Assembly: GCA_905188025.1 (NCBI GenBank)
Contig: CAJJKI010000001.1
Coordinates: 86,615 to 150,614, forward strand
Direction: 5' to 3'
Length of the DNA: 64,000 nucleotides
Source: an uncultured Eubacteriales bacterium
GTDB taxonomy: Bacteria > Bacillota_I > Bacilli_A > RF39 > UBA660
The notes beneath the pieces were generated by a model that saw only the letters and a program-made list of their open reading frames with translations, was not told the DNA's origin and did no database searches. Shown here in pieces: positions 38,102 to 47,192 of this stretch (position 1 is its first letter; each line of letters starts with the position of its first letter). Position numbers and translations under genes: made by a program.

Positions 38102-38758
38102 CTATAATTTAAAATCTATAAGTATAGCTACCATTGTAATAATACTAACTAACTCTCCTAAAAATATAATTTTATTTAAATTAACTATATTATTAAGATA
38201 ACTAATTATCTTATCTCTACCATCTCGATTAATATTCTTAACTTTCTTAATATTATCACATACCCAATCATTAGCATCCATCACTATACTATTAATCATA
38301 TATATAACTAAAGTACTAATAATAACTAGTATTAACCCTATCTTAGCATCTCCCTTAGTATATGTAATTAAATTAATTATCACTGTCACTATTGGAAATA
38401 TATATAATATCTTTAAATTACTAACTATCTTCTTAAATATATTTATATACTTATTACCCTTTCTATCAATTACTGATATTCCAGCTTCCATAAGTCCAAT
38501 ACATATATGACTTAAATCATTCCCATAATAACACTTACTACTAAGCTTAATTATCCCTCTCTTAAGATTATAATTACTATCTATTCCTTTCTCTTCAATA
38601 ATATTTATCATATCATATTCCTGTATTATATCCTTAGTAATATTAAACCCATCATCATCACTTATCTTCTTACCTTTATTAATTAGTATATTTAATAAGT
38701 AACATATAAAAGGAATAATTATAAGTCCACTACTTATATATTTTAAAATTTCTATCAT
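38102..38758 (-). CDS. YugP-like membrane metallopeptidase homologue with a degenerate HExxH
   Basis: SNYNLKRGIIKLSSKCYYGNDLSHICIGLMEAGISVI aligns by eye with the YugP block DHYDPxxxxxxLSxxVYxxxSxAAxxVAAHExGHAxQ. H is replaced by M and I. Confidence 0.4.
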   Translation of the reverse strand: MIEILKYISSGLIIIPFICYLLNILINKGKKISDDDGFNITKDIIQEYDMINIIEEKGIDSNYNLKRGIIKLSSKCYYGNDLSHICIGLMEAGISVIDRKGNKYINIFKKIVSNLKILYIFPIVTVIINLITYTKGDAKIGLILVIISTLVIYMINSIVMDANDWVCDNIKKVKNINRDGRDKIISYLNNIVNLNKIIFLGELVSIITMVAILIDFKL

Positions 38759-38821
38759 CTTATCACCATAATTAATATATCATAAATTTAATAAATATTA
38801 AATATCTTTTTCCAACATAAC

Positions 38822-38852
38822 AAAAAACTACTGAGTATTATTCAGTAGTTTT
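38822..38852 (-). terminator. intrinsic terminator after tuf
   Basis: Minus strand: 11-bp stem AAAACTACTGA/TCAGTAGTTTT followed by a T-run. Confidence 0.7.
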
Positions 38853-38865
38853 AATTTTGAACTAA

Positions 38866-40050
38866 TTATTCAATAATTTCAGATACTGATCCAGCACCTA
38901 CAGTTCTTCCACCTTCACGGATAGAGAACTTAGTTCCGTTTTCAACTGCGATTGGCGCAATTAATTCAACTGTCATAGTTACGTTATCACCAGGCATAAC
39001 CATTTCTGTTCCTTCTGGTAATGTAATTACTCCAGTAACATCTGTAGTTCTGAAATAGAATTGAGGTCTGTAGTTTGTAAAGAATGGAGTATGTCTTCCA
39101 CCTTCTTCTTTAGAAAGTACATAAACTTGTGCTTTGAATTTCTTATGTGGATGAACACTTCCTGGTTTAGCAAGTACTTGTCCTCTTTCAACGTCTTCTC
39201 TAGAAATACCACGAAGTAATACACCAGCGTTATCTCCAGCTTCAGCGAAGTCTAATTGTTTTCTGAACATTTCAATACCAGTAACAACTGTCTTCTTAGT
39301 AGGTTTTAAACCAACGATTTCAACTTCATCGTTTAATTTTAACATACCTCTTTCAACACGGCCAGTAACAACTGTTCCACGACCAGTGATTGTAAATACG
39401 TCTTCGATTGACATTAAGAATGGTTTGTCGTTATCTCTTTCTGGAGTAGGAATCCAAGTATCAACTGCATCCATTAATTCATCAATCTTAGCAGTCCATG
39501 CAGGATCTCCTTCAAGAGCTTTAAGAGCAGAACCTCTAATGATTGGAGTATTATCTCCATCATAACCATATTCAGTTAATAATTCACGAATTTCCATCTC
39601 AACTAAGTCAAGAAGTTCAGGATCATCAACCATATCACATTTGTTCATGAATACTACCATTCTAGGTACTCCAACTTGACGAGCAAGTAAGATATGCTCT
39701 CTAGTTTGAGCCATAGGTCCATCAGTAGCAGCAATAACTAAGATTGCTCCATCCATTTGAGCTGCACCAGTGATCATGTTCTTAACATAGTCAGCATGTC
39801 CTGGACAGTCAACGTGTGCATAGTGTCTCTTTTCAGTACTGTACTCGATGTGAGCAGTATTGATTGTAATTCCTCTTTCTCTTTCTTCTGGTGCTTTATC
39901 GATATTAGCGAAATCAACTTTTTCATTTCCGTTTTTTCCAGCTAAGTGTGCAGATATAGCAGCAGTTAATGTAGTTTTACCATGGTCAACGTGACCAATT
40001 GTACCAATGTTAACATGTGGTTTACTACGATCAAATTTTGCTTTTGCCAT
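38866..40050 (-). CDS. tuf: elongation factor Tu
   Basis: Unmistakable EF-Tu sequence ([22 protein letters not shown]). Confidence 0.97.
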   Translation of the reverse strand: MAKAKFDRSKPHVNIGTIGHVDHGKTTLTAAISAHLAGKNGNEKVDFANIDKAPEERERGITINTAHIEYSTEKRHYAHVDCPGHADYVKNMITGAAQMDGAILVIAATDGPMAQTREHILLARQVGVPRMVVFMNKCDMVDDPELLDLVEMEIRELLTEYGYDGDNTPIIRGSALKALEGDPAWTAKIDELMDAVDTWIPTPERDNDKPFLMSIEDVFTITGRGTVVTGRVERGMLKLNDEVEIVGLKPTKKTVVTGIEMFRKQLDFAEAGDNAGVLLRGISREDVERGQVLAKPGSVHPHKKFKAQVYVLSKEEGGRHTPFFTNYRPQFYFRTTDVTGVITLPEGTEMVMPGDNVTMTVELIAPIAVENGTKFSIREGGRTVGAGSVSEIIE

Positions 40051-40123
40051 TTTAAATTTCCTCTCTTTCTTTCGTATACATATATAATTTTAACAAATTT
40101 TAGAATTTTTGCAAGTATTATTC

Positions 40124-42196
40124 TTAATTTCCACCATTTTTCTTGATAATTTCTTCTGCAATAGACTTAGGAACTTCTTCGTAGTGATCCATTGTCATTG
40201 TAAATGTACCTCTACCTTGTGTATTAGATCTTAAGCTTGTTGCATAACCAAACATTTCAGCAAGTGGAACCATTGCCGTAAATGCAATAGCATTTCCTCT
40301 AGATTCTTGACCTAGTGGTTTACCTCTTCTTGAAGTAATATCTCCAATTACTCCACCAGTATATTCATCTGGTGCTACTACTACTACTTTCATAATTGGT
40401 TCAAGTAGTACTGGTTTACATTTAGTCTTAGCTTCTTTTAATGCTAATGAAGCTGCAATCTTGAATGCCATTTCTGATGAGTCAACATCATGATATGATC
40501 CAAAGAATAATGTAGCTTTAACGTCTACCATTGGATATCCAGCAAGAATACCAGATGCCATTGCTTCTTGTAAACCTTTATCAACTACTGGGATGTATTC
40601 ACGAGGAACAACACCACCAACAATTTTATCAACAAATTCATATCCTTTTTCAGGATTTGGTTCAAATCTAATTTCAACGTGACCATATTGTCCACGACCA
40701 CCTGATTGTTTAATATGTTTTCCAACACAATCAGCAGCTTGTGTAATTGTTTCACGGTATGCTACTTGTGGAGCACCAACAGTGGCTTCAACACCAAATT
40801 CTCTTCTCATTCTATCAATTAGAACGTCTAGGTGAAGTTCTCCCATACCAGAAATAACTGTTTGACCAGTTTCATGATCAGTCTTCATCTTAAATGTTGG
40901 ATCTTCTTCAGCTAACTTAGCTAAAGCAATACCCATCTTATCTTGATCCGCCTTAGATTTTGGTTCTACTGCTTGTGAAATAACTGGTTCTGGGAATTCC
41001 ATACCCTTAAGAATTGCAATCTTCTTCTCATCACATAGAGTATCAGCTGTAGTAGTATTCTTAAGACCTACTGCGGCAGCAATATCTCCAGCATAAACCT
41101 CTTCAATTTCCTCTCTGTGGTTAGCATGCATTAATAAGATTCTTCCAACTCTTTCTTTTTCACCCTTAGTAGAATTCATTACATAAGATCCACTCTTTAA
41201 AGTACCAGAATATACTCTAAAGAAAGTAAGTTTTCCAACAAATGGATCAGTCATAACTTTAAATGCTAAAGCTGTAAATGGTTCAGAATCACTTGGATGT
41301 CTAAGTACCTCATTACCATTAGCGTCAGTACATTCAATTGAAGGTACATCAAGTGGACTTGGTAAATAGTCAATAACAGCGTCAAGAAGTGGTTTAATAC
41401 CCATATTTCCTAATGCTGTTCCACACATGAATGGGAAAAATTCTGCCTTTAAAGTAGCTTCTCTAATAGCTTTCTTTAAAAGTTCTACTGATACTTCTCC
41501 ACCATCAAGGTATGTCATCATTAATTCTTCATCATAATCAGCTACAGCTTCAATTAATATATTCCTATATTCTAAAGCTTTATCTTTTAAGTCTTCAGGA
41601 ATTTCTATATCCTTAGCGTTTTCATCTTGGCTTCCATCAAATTCTAAAGCAGTCATTGTAACTAAGTTAACAACTCCTCTAAATTCATTTTCAGCTCCAA
41701 TTGGTAATTCGATAGCAGCAGTCTTAGCTCCAAGCCTATCTTTTACACTATTCAAACTCATATAGAAGTCTGCACCCATCTTATCCATCTTATTAGAGAA
41801 TATGATTCTAGGTACTTTATATTCGTTTGCTTGTCTCCATACTGTTTCACTTTGTGGTTCAACACCAGCTTGTGAATCAAGTAATAAAACAGCTCCATCC
41901 AAAACTCTTAAACTTCTTTGTACTTCAATAGTAAAGTCTACGTGTCCTGGAGTATCTATAATATTGAATCTATGACCCTTCCAATAAGCTGTAGTTGCTG
42001 CTGATGTAATTGTAATACCTCTTTCTTGTTCTTGTTCCATCCAGTCCATTTGGCTAGCTCCATCATGAGTTTCCCCAATTTTATGAATCTTTCCTGTATG
42101 GTATAAAACACGTTCAGTACAAGTAGTTTTACCAGCATCAATATGCGCCATAATTCCAATATTTCTTGTATTTTGTAAACTAATTTTACGAGCCAT
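40124..42196 (-). CDS. fusA: elongation factor G
   Basis: [21 protein letters not shown]; full five-domain length (690 aa). Confidence 0.97.
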   Translation of the reverse strand: MARKISLQNTRNIGIMAHIDAGKTTCTERVLYHTGKIHKIGETHDGASQMDWMEQEQERGITITSAATTAYWKGHRFNIIDTPGHVDFTIEVQRSLRVLDGAVLLLDSQAGVEPQSETVWRQANEYKVPRIIFSNKMDKMGADFYMSLNSVKDRLGAKTAAIELPIGAENEFRGVVNLVTMTALEFDGSQDENAKDIEIPEDLKDKALEYRNILIEAVADYDEELMMTYLDGGEVSVELLKKAIREATLKAEFFPFMCGTALGNMGIKPLLDAVIDYLPSPLDVPSIECTDANGNEVLRHPSDSEPFTALAFKVMTDPFVGKLTFFRVYSGTLKSGSYVMNSTKGEKERVGRILLMHANHREEIEEVYAGDIAAAVGLKNTTTADTLCDEKKIAILKGMEFPEPVISQAVEPKSKADQDKMGIALAKLAEEDPTFKMKTDHETGQTVISGMGELHLDVLIDRMRREFGVEATVGAPQVAYRETITQAADCVGKHIKQSGGRGQYGHVEIRFEPNPEKGYEFVDKIVGGVVPREYIPVVDKGLQEAMASGILAGYPMVDVKATLFFGSYHDVDSSEMAFKIAASLALKEAKTKCKPVLLEPIMKVVVVAPDEYTGGVIGDITSRRGKPLGQESRGNAIAFTAMVPLAEMFGYATSLRSNTQGRGTFTMTMDHYEEVPKSIAEEIIKKNGGN

Positions 42197-42211
42197 ATTG
42201 TATTATCCTTT

Positions 42212-42679
42212 CTACCATTTATAATGAGCAAATGCTTTATTAGCTTCTGCCATTTTGTGTGTATCTTCTTTCTTTTTAACTGAAGCACCCACACCATTTG
42301 ATGCATCAATTATTTCATTAGCTAAATTTTCAGCCATACTATGACCATTTCTAAGTCTAGCATAGTTAATTAACCATCTAAAAGCTAAAGCTTGTGCTCT
42401 TTCTGGTTTAACTTCTACTGGAACTTGATAGTTAGCTCCACCAACTCTTCTAGATTTAACTTCTAGAGCTGGTTTAATATTATTCATTGCTTTTTCAAAT
42501 ACTGCCATTGGTTCTTCATGAGTCTTCTCTTGAATCATGTCGAAAGCTCCATATAAAATCTTTTGAGCAGTTCCCTTTTTACCATCATTCATTATTTGAT
42601 TGATAAGCTTAGTAACAACTTTAGATTTATATATTGGATCTGGTAGTACATCTCTTTTAGTAGCTTGTCTCTTTCTCAT
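42212..42679 (-). CDS. rpsG: 30S ribosomal protein S7
   Basis: [20 protein letters not shown]... S7 sequence in str-operon order. Confidence 0.95.
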   Translation of the reverse strand: MRKRQATKRDVLPDPIYKSKVVTKLINQIMNDGKKGTAQKILYGAFDMIQEKTHEEPMAVFEKAMNNIKPALEVKSRRVGGANYQVPVEVKPERAQALAFRWLINYARLRNGHSMAENLANEIIDASNGVGASVKKKEDTHKMAEANKAFAHYKW

Positions 42680-42714
42680 TGTCTTCCTCCCTTCAAAATT
42701 ATTTATTAATTTAT

Positions 42715-43128
42715 TTATTTCTTAGGTCTCTTAGCACCGTATTTACTTCTTCCTTGTTTACGGTCTTGAACTCCAGCAGTATCCATAGTACCACGAATAA
42801 TATGATAACGAACACCGATTAAGTCTTTAACTCTTCCACCTCTAATTAGAACAACACTATGTTCTTGTAGATTATGTCCAATTCCTGGAATATAACAAGT
42901 AACTTCCATTCCATTAGATAATCTAACTCTCGCATATTTTCTTAAAGCAGAGTTTGGCTTCTTAGGTGTCATTGTTCCAACTCTTGTACATACTCCTCTT
43001 TTTTGTGGAGATGTTTGATTAGTTTGTTTTCTGTCAATAGTATTCATTCCAACTAATAAAGCTGGTGATTTACTTTTCTTCTTCTTGTTTCCTCTACCTT
43101 TTCTAATTATTTGATTTACTGTAGGCAT
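42715..43128 (-). CDS. rpsL: 30S ribosomal protein S12
   Basis: [12 protein letters not shown]...; start re-set to ATG 43128 after GGAGGAGG. Confidence 0.95.
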   Translation of the reverse strand: MPTVNQIIRKGRGNKKKKSKSPALLVGMNTIDRKQTNQTSPQKRGVCTRVGTMTPKKPNSALRKYARVRLSNGMEVTCYIPGIGHNLQEHSVVLIRGGRVKDLIGVRYHIIRGTMDTAGVQDRKQGRSKYGAKRPKK

Positions 43129-43258
43129 TTTTATTCCTCCTCCCTCAAATTTTCCTAGATAAATTAATGCATTTATCATACACATATCCAGGTGTATCAT
43201 ATTTCTCTATAAATATAAGTTCTGCCACATGACAAAACTTAAATTCATGAACATTTTA

Positions 43259-43287
43259 ATAATACAATAGAATTCCCCATTAGTCAA
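43259..43287 (-). promoter_or_regulatory. promoter TTGACT-17-TATTAT for the str operon
   Basis: Minus strand: -35 at 43282-43287, -10 at 43259-43264. Confidence 0.6.
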
Positions 43288-43373
43288 GCATTTTTTATCA
43301 ATATCCCCATAAAGTTAACTAAATTCCCATTAATATCTATCAAATACAATTATATATATATTATTTAACTCAA

Positions 43374-43405
43374 GAAAAAAGAACTAATAATCATCTATTA
43401 GCTCT
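43374..43405 (-). terminator. intrinsic terminator after the 317-aa orphan gene
   Basis: Minus strand: AGAGCTAATA-loop-TATTAGTTCT (one mismatch) followed by TTTTTTC. Confidence 0.55.
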
Positions 43406-43490
43406 ATTATTAAATAAAGATACCTAAATAGAAATCTTATTCACTCTTATCATATCACTTCACTATAAAACCATAATATTCAATTTTAAA

Positions 43491-44444
43491 TTATTTTACT
43501 TGATTATCTATTTCAGTTTTAATACGTCTTAATAATTTTATACTTGATTCATTTTCATTAGTTGCTTGACAAGTTAACGTATTAACATTACTACTAGAGA
43601 AAAACTGATATCTTCCAAAGTAAAAAACTCTACTAAGGTTTATTAATGCTTCATTTTGATTTGGTTCACTAGAAATTGCTTCTCTTATAGTTTCTCCAAC
43701 GACTTTAATTATTTGTTTAGGCTCTTTAGCAAACCTTACATTATTCAAAATACTTACTGTTTCTCCTAAAGGATATAATCTATTAATCTTTCGTTGTAAA
43801 TCTAACGACAACGGCATTTTTTTATCTTTATACACTCTAAATGCATAGTCACCTTCTAAAGCAATATTAAATCCTAACAAAATAGATACCATTGTTTGAA
43901 TTTTTATATTAATATCTTTATTAGTAAAATCAGGATTTTCATTATAAAATAATTTGTACATTTCTATTAACGCTTTATCATCTATATCCAAAGCAATACC
44001 TTTAACATTTTTCAAATAATATATTTGTTTTATGATTTCAGTAATTTCTTTAGACATTAATTCAACACTTGAATAATCATCAATATCAGTTTTATTGTAA
44101 TCCAAATTTATTCCATATTGTGCTTCATATTTAATTCTATATTTATTACTTTCTTCTTTAGTTTTCTCATAAAATAACAAACTAGAATTATCATACTCTA
44201 CAAATTCTAAACCATTTTCATCTTGATAAAAGATAGATAATTTTTTTTCATCACAATCTTTCAAAATTGTCCTAACAATACTAACATTTTCTAGCATAAA
44301 ATCATGTCTATGATTATTTATAAAATCTTCTAATAATGCATCAATCTTATCTAAATTAGTATTAGCATGTGGCATACCAACAAAAACTATTTTAGTACTA
44401 CCATTTATAGAATTTAATTCTTTTCTAATATTTATCAAATCCAT
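43491..44444 (-). CDS. hypothetical protein, stand-alone transcription unit
   Basis: 317-aa ORF with SD AAGGAGAGAGGG and an upstream TTGCTT-16-TGcTATGAT promoter-like site. No family recognised. Confidence 0.5.
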   Translation of the reverse strand: MDLINIRKELNSINGSTKIVFVGMPHANTNLDKIDALLEDFINNHRHDFMLENVSIVRTILKDCDEKKLSIFYQDENGLEFVEYDNSSLLFYEKTKEESNKYRIKYEAQYGINLDYNKTDIDDYSSVELMSKEITEIIKQIYYLKNVKGIALDIDDKALIEMYKLFYNENPDFTNKDINIKIQTMVSILLGFNIALEGDYAFRVYKDKKMPLSLDLQRKINRLYPLGETVSILNNVRFAKEPKQIIKVVGETIREAISSEPNQNEALINLSRVFYFGRYQFFSSSNVNTLTCQATNENESSIKLLRRIKTEIDNQVK

Positions 44445-44605
44445 AAACCCTCTCTCCTTACTTACCTATATCATAGCATATTTTTTATAAAAAGCAACCT
44501 TCTATTATAATATTCAATCATTTTAATCAAATTTAATTATAGATTAATCTTATATACTCTATATCAGTAACTAGATAACTATCACTTCACTATATCCATC
44601 AATAT

Positions 44606-46780
44606 CTACCTATTATATATACATTTAGTAATATCTAATTTACTAGCTCTCCTACTAGGAATACTACCCGCTAATCTAACAATAATCATATTTATTATCA
44701 CTACTAATAATATAATCTTATAGTCAACTACCAGCATATTCTCTAACTTAGTAGTAGTATACACTATCCTGTTAACAGGCTCCACTAATCCCATCAAACA
44801 TAATATTCCAATCAAAGAACTCATCAAACTAATTAATCCATTTTCATAATTAAATATACCTCTAATATTCTTCTTACTAATACCTATTCCTCTCAAAATA
44901 CCTATCTCTTTCTTTCTCTCAAGTACCCTAATACTAGTAATTATACCAATCATTATTAAAGATACTACTATAGCTACTACCGAAAAAATAATTAATACTA
45001 TACTAATAATTCCTATAAAGTTTCTAACTATCTCAATACTACTAGCCATCATATCTTCATATATTATCTTATCATGATTCTTATTAAACTTATCAAGTGC
45101 TTCTATTAATTCCTTCTTATCATATAAACTATCTACATATATCTCTATCCCTACTGGAGTATTACCCCCTCCTATATAACTAAGAGTAGCATCCTTATCC
45201 CCCTCTATTCCTAACACATTATTATTACTATTAACTTGACTTATTACTATATCACTACTTCTATTAATATTCCTAATCTTATCATATAATTCCTTATCAT
45301 AATAAATATAATCTCCTCCTATATTATCATCATCCTCTTGAATAATACCCACTATCTCAACTTCAATATAACTATCATTATACATTTTATCTATATCACT
45401 ATTAATATAATAATATGAGCCATTCTTAGTATATAAATTATTATTATCAACTACTCTTATCTTCTTACCAATAATACTATCATAATCTATCCCAATACCA
45501 TTACCATCACTCTTATCATATATTCCTAAATATTCCCCTAATTGACTACTAATCATATTATTACTATCTATCTTAAGTAATACATCATTCCATTCATTAA
45601 CTATTCCTGATCCTGCTATAACCTTGTAATTATCATCTATATATTCCCTACTAGGAATCATCTTTATATAACTATTATCAATAAATTTCTTCCCATCACT
45701 TATAAAATATAACCTATCACCATAATTATAATTAATAGTCTTATCTATCCCTAATCCTTCTATATAACTAACATACTCATCCGTTATCTCATTCTTATAC
45801 TTAACATTATTCTTAATATATATCTTATCATCATCATATCCCTTATCCCAGTCATTATCTTCCATATATTCATAATTATTAATAGTAACAGGAAATACCC
45901 CTACAATATCCTTCTCCAGTTCATTTAACTCTTTATTAAAATTACTAGATAAAGATAACACCAATAGCATACTAATAATACCTAAAGATAAAGCTAATAC
46001 CGTCATAATAGTCCTACCCTTATTCTCTCTAACATGCAAAAAAGCTAACTTTCTAATAATCCTTGTACTTATCTTCTTCTTAATAAACTTACTCTTATCA
46101 ATTACCTCTAAAGAATTATCATTATCCATTCCCTCTTTATCATCTATCTTTCCATCATGTATATTAATAATCCTATCACTATATCTATTAGCTAAATCCT
46201 TATCATGACTAACTACTATTACTAACCTATTCTTACTAATCTTCTTAAGAATATCCATAACCATAATCCCATTATCCTCATCAAGTGCTCCCGTAGGCTC
46301 ATCACATAGTAAAATTCTTGGATCATTAACAAGTGATCTAGCAATAGCTACCCTCTGCTTCTCTCCTCCCGATAACTTATCTACCGTTATATTTCTCTTA
46401 TCATATATATCTAACTGTTTAAGTAATGTATCAACATATTCCTTATCATTATTACTAAGACCTATCCTAACATTATCATATACATTCATATATTCAATTA
46501 AATTATAATCCTGATAAATATATCCTACTACCTGATTCCTATAACTATCTAACCAACTATCATTATACTGAAATATATCCTTCCCTTCATATAACACTCT
46601 TCCCTCATCACTCTTTAAATTACCTGCTATTATATTTAACAAAGTACTCTTTCCTGATCCTGACATACCCAATATAAATACCATTCCCTTATCCTTAAAA
46701 TTAATATTTATATCTTCCAAAATCATCTTTTTATTTTTTCCATATTCATAGTATTTACTTACATTCTCTATCTTTAACAT
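44606..46780 (-). CDS. MacB-like ABC transporter, fused ATPase + FtsX-type permease
   Basis: Walker A GMSGSGKST, signature LSGGEKQRVAIARS, Walker B ILLCDEPTGALD. Large periplasmic loop and a C-terminal FtsX four-helix bundle. Start re-set to ATG 46780. Confidence 0.85.
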   Translation of the reverse strand: MLKIENVSKYYEYGKNKKMILEDININFKDKGMVFILGMSGSGKSTLLNIIAGNLKSDEGRVLYEGKDIFQYNDSWLDSYRNQVVGYIYQDYNLIEYMNVYDNVRIGLSNNDKEYVDTLLKQLDIYDKRNITVDKLSGGEKQRVAIARSLVNDPRILLCDEPTGALDEDNGIMVMDILKKISKNRLVIVVSHDKDLANRYSDRIINIHDGKIDDKEGMDNDNSLEVIDKSKFIKKKISTRIIRKLAFLHVRENKGRTIMTVLALSLGIISMLLVLSLSSNFNKELNELEKDIVGVFPVTINNYEYMEDNDWDKGYDDDKIYIKNNVKYKNEITDEYVSYIEGLGIDKTINYNYGDRLYFISDGKKFIDNSYIKMIPSREYIDDNYKVIAGSGIVNEWNDVLLKIDSNNMISSQLGEYLGIYDKSDGNGIGIDYDSIIGKKIRVVDNNNLYTKNGSYYYINSDIDKMYNDSYIEVEIVGIIQEDDDNIGGDYIYYDKELYDKIRNINRSSDIVISQVNSNNNVLGIEGDKDATLSYIGGGNTPVGIEIYVDSLYDKKELIEALDKFNKNHDKIIYEDMMASSIEIVRNFIGIISIVLIIFSVVAIVVSLIMIGIITSIRVLERKKEIGILRGIGISKKNIRGIFNYENGLISLMSSLIGILCLMGLVEPVNRIVYTTTKLENMLVVDYKIILLVVIINMIIVRLAGSIPSRRASKLDITKCIYNR

Positions 46781-46817
46781 AATTCTCCTTCTATAAACAT
46801 GAAAGCTAGACAATCCC

Positions 46818-46846
46818 ACTATATCAATAAATCTTATCCATGTCAA
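46818..46846 (-). promoter_or_regulatory. promoter TTGACA-17-TATAGT for the ABC transporter
   Basis: Minus strand: -35 at 46841-46846, -10 at 46818-46823. Confidence 0.6.
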
Positions 46847-46875
46847 ACTTATTTACTACTAGTTATTTTTATACA

Positions 46876-46902
46876 GTTAAAAACTAGCAAAAAGCTAGTT
46901 TT
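46876..46902 (-). terminator. intrinsic terminator after the extended surface-protein reading frame
   Basis: Minus strand: AAAACTAGC-ttttt-GCTAGTTTT followed by T/A. Lies about 50 nt after the second stop (46950), but about 290 nt after the first stop (47193). Confidence 0.65.
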
Positions 46903-46949
46903 ACTCTCTGTATCACTAAATATCCCTATCAATATCCATTCTCTATCAA

Positions 46950-47192
46950 TCACCCTACATATGATATGACTGAACGGAAAGCACCCCCATAGTTGGTATT
47001 AGCGTCGCCTTGGTTACCTCTAAAACAAAATGCACCAGCAGTTTCACTATTGTAGTAGAAGTCACCACGCTCAAACCACGGATCGTAGGCGTAGACAAAT
47101 CCAGCGGCATCACCATACCAGCTGTTTACTTCTGATAATCCATGACCGTAACATATTCCTCCATTACACGCAGTTAACTCATTTATTGAGGT
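46950..47192 (-). other. 80-codon in-frame continuation of the FGE-like domain beyond the TGA at 47193-47195
   Basis: Hand translation: TSINELTACNGGICYGHGLSEVNSWYGDAAGFVYAYDPWFERGDFYYNSETAGAFCFRGNQGDANTNYGGAFRSVISYVG*. Same frame as the upstream ORF; visibly more G+C-rich than its surroundings. Confidence 0.65.

Noticed and set aside
16500-42309. Alternative-frame minus-strand ORFs inside parC (16500-16706), tuf (39027-39224) and fusA/rpsG (41956-42309); also 719-901 inside the left-edge gene and 7586-7810 on the plus strand.
   Set aside because: These are out-of-frame overlaps with highly conserved genes and have no independent initiation signals.
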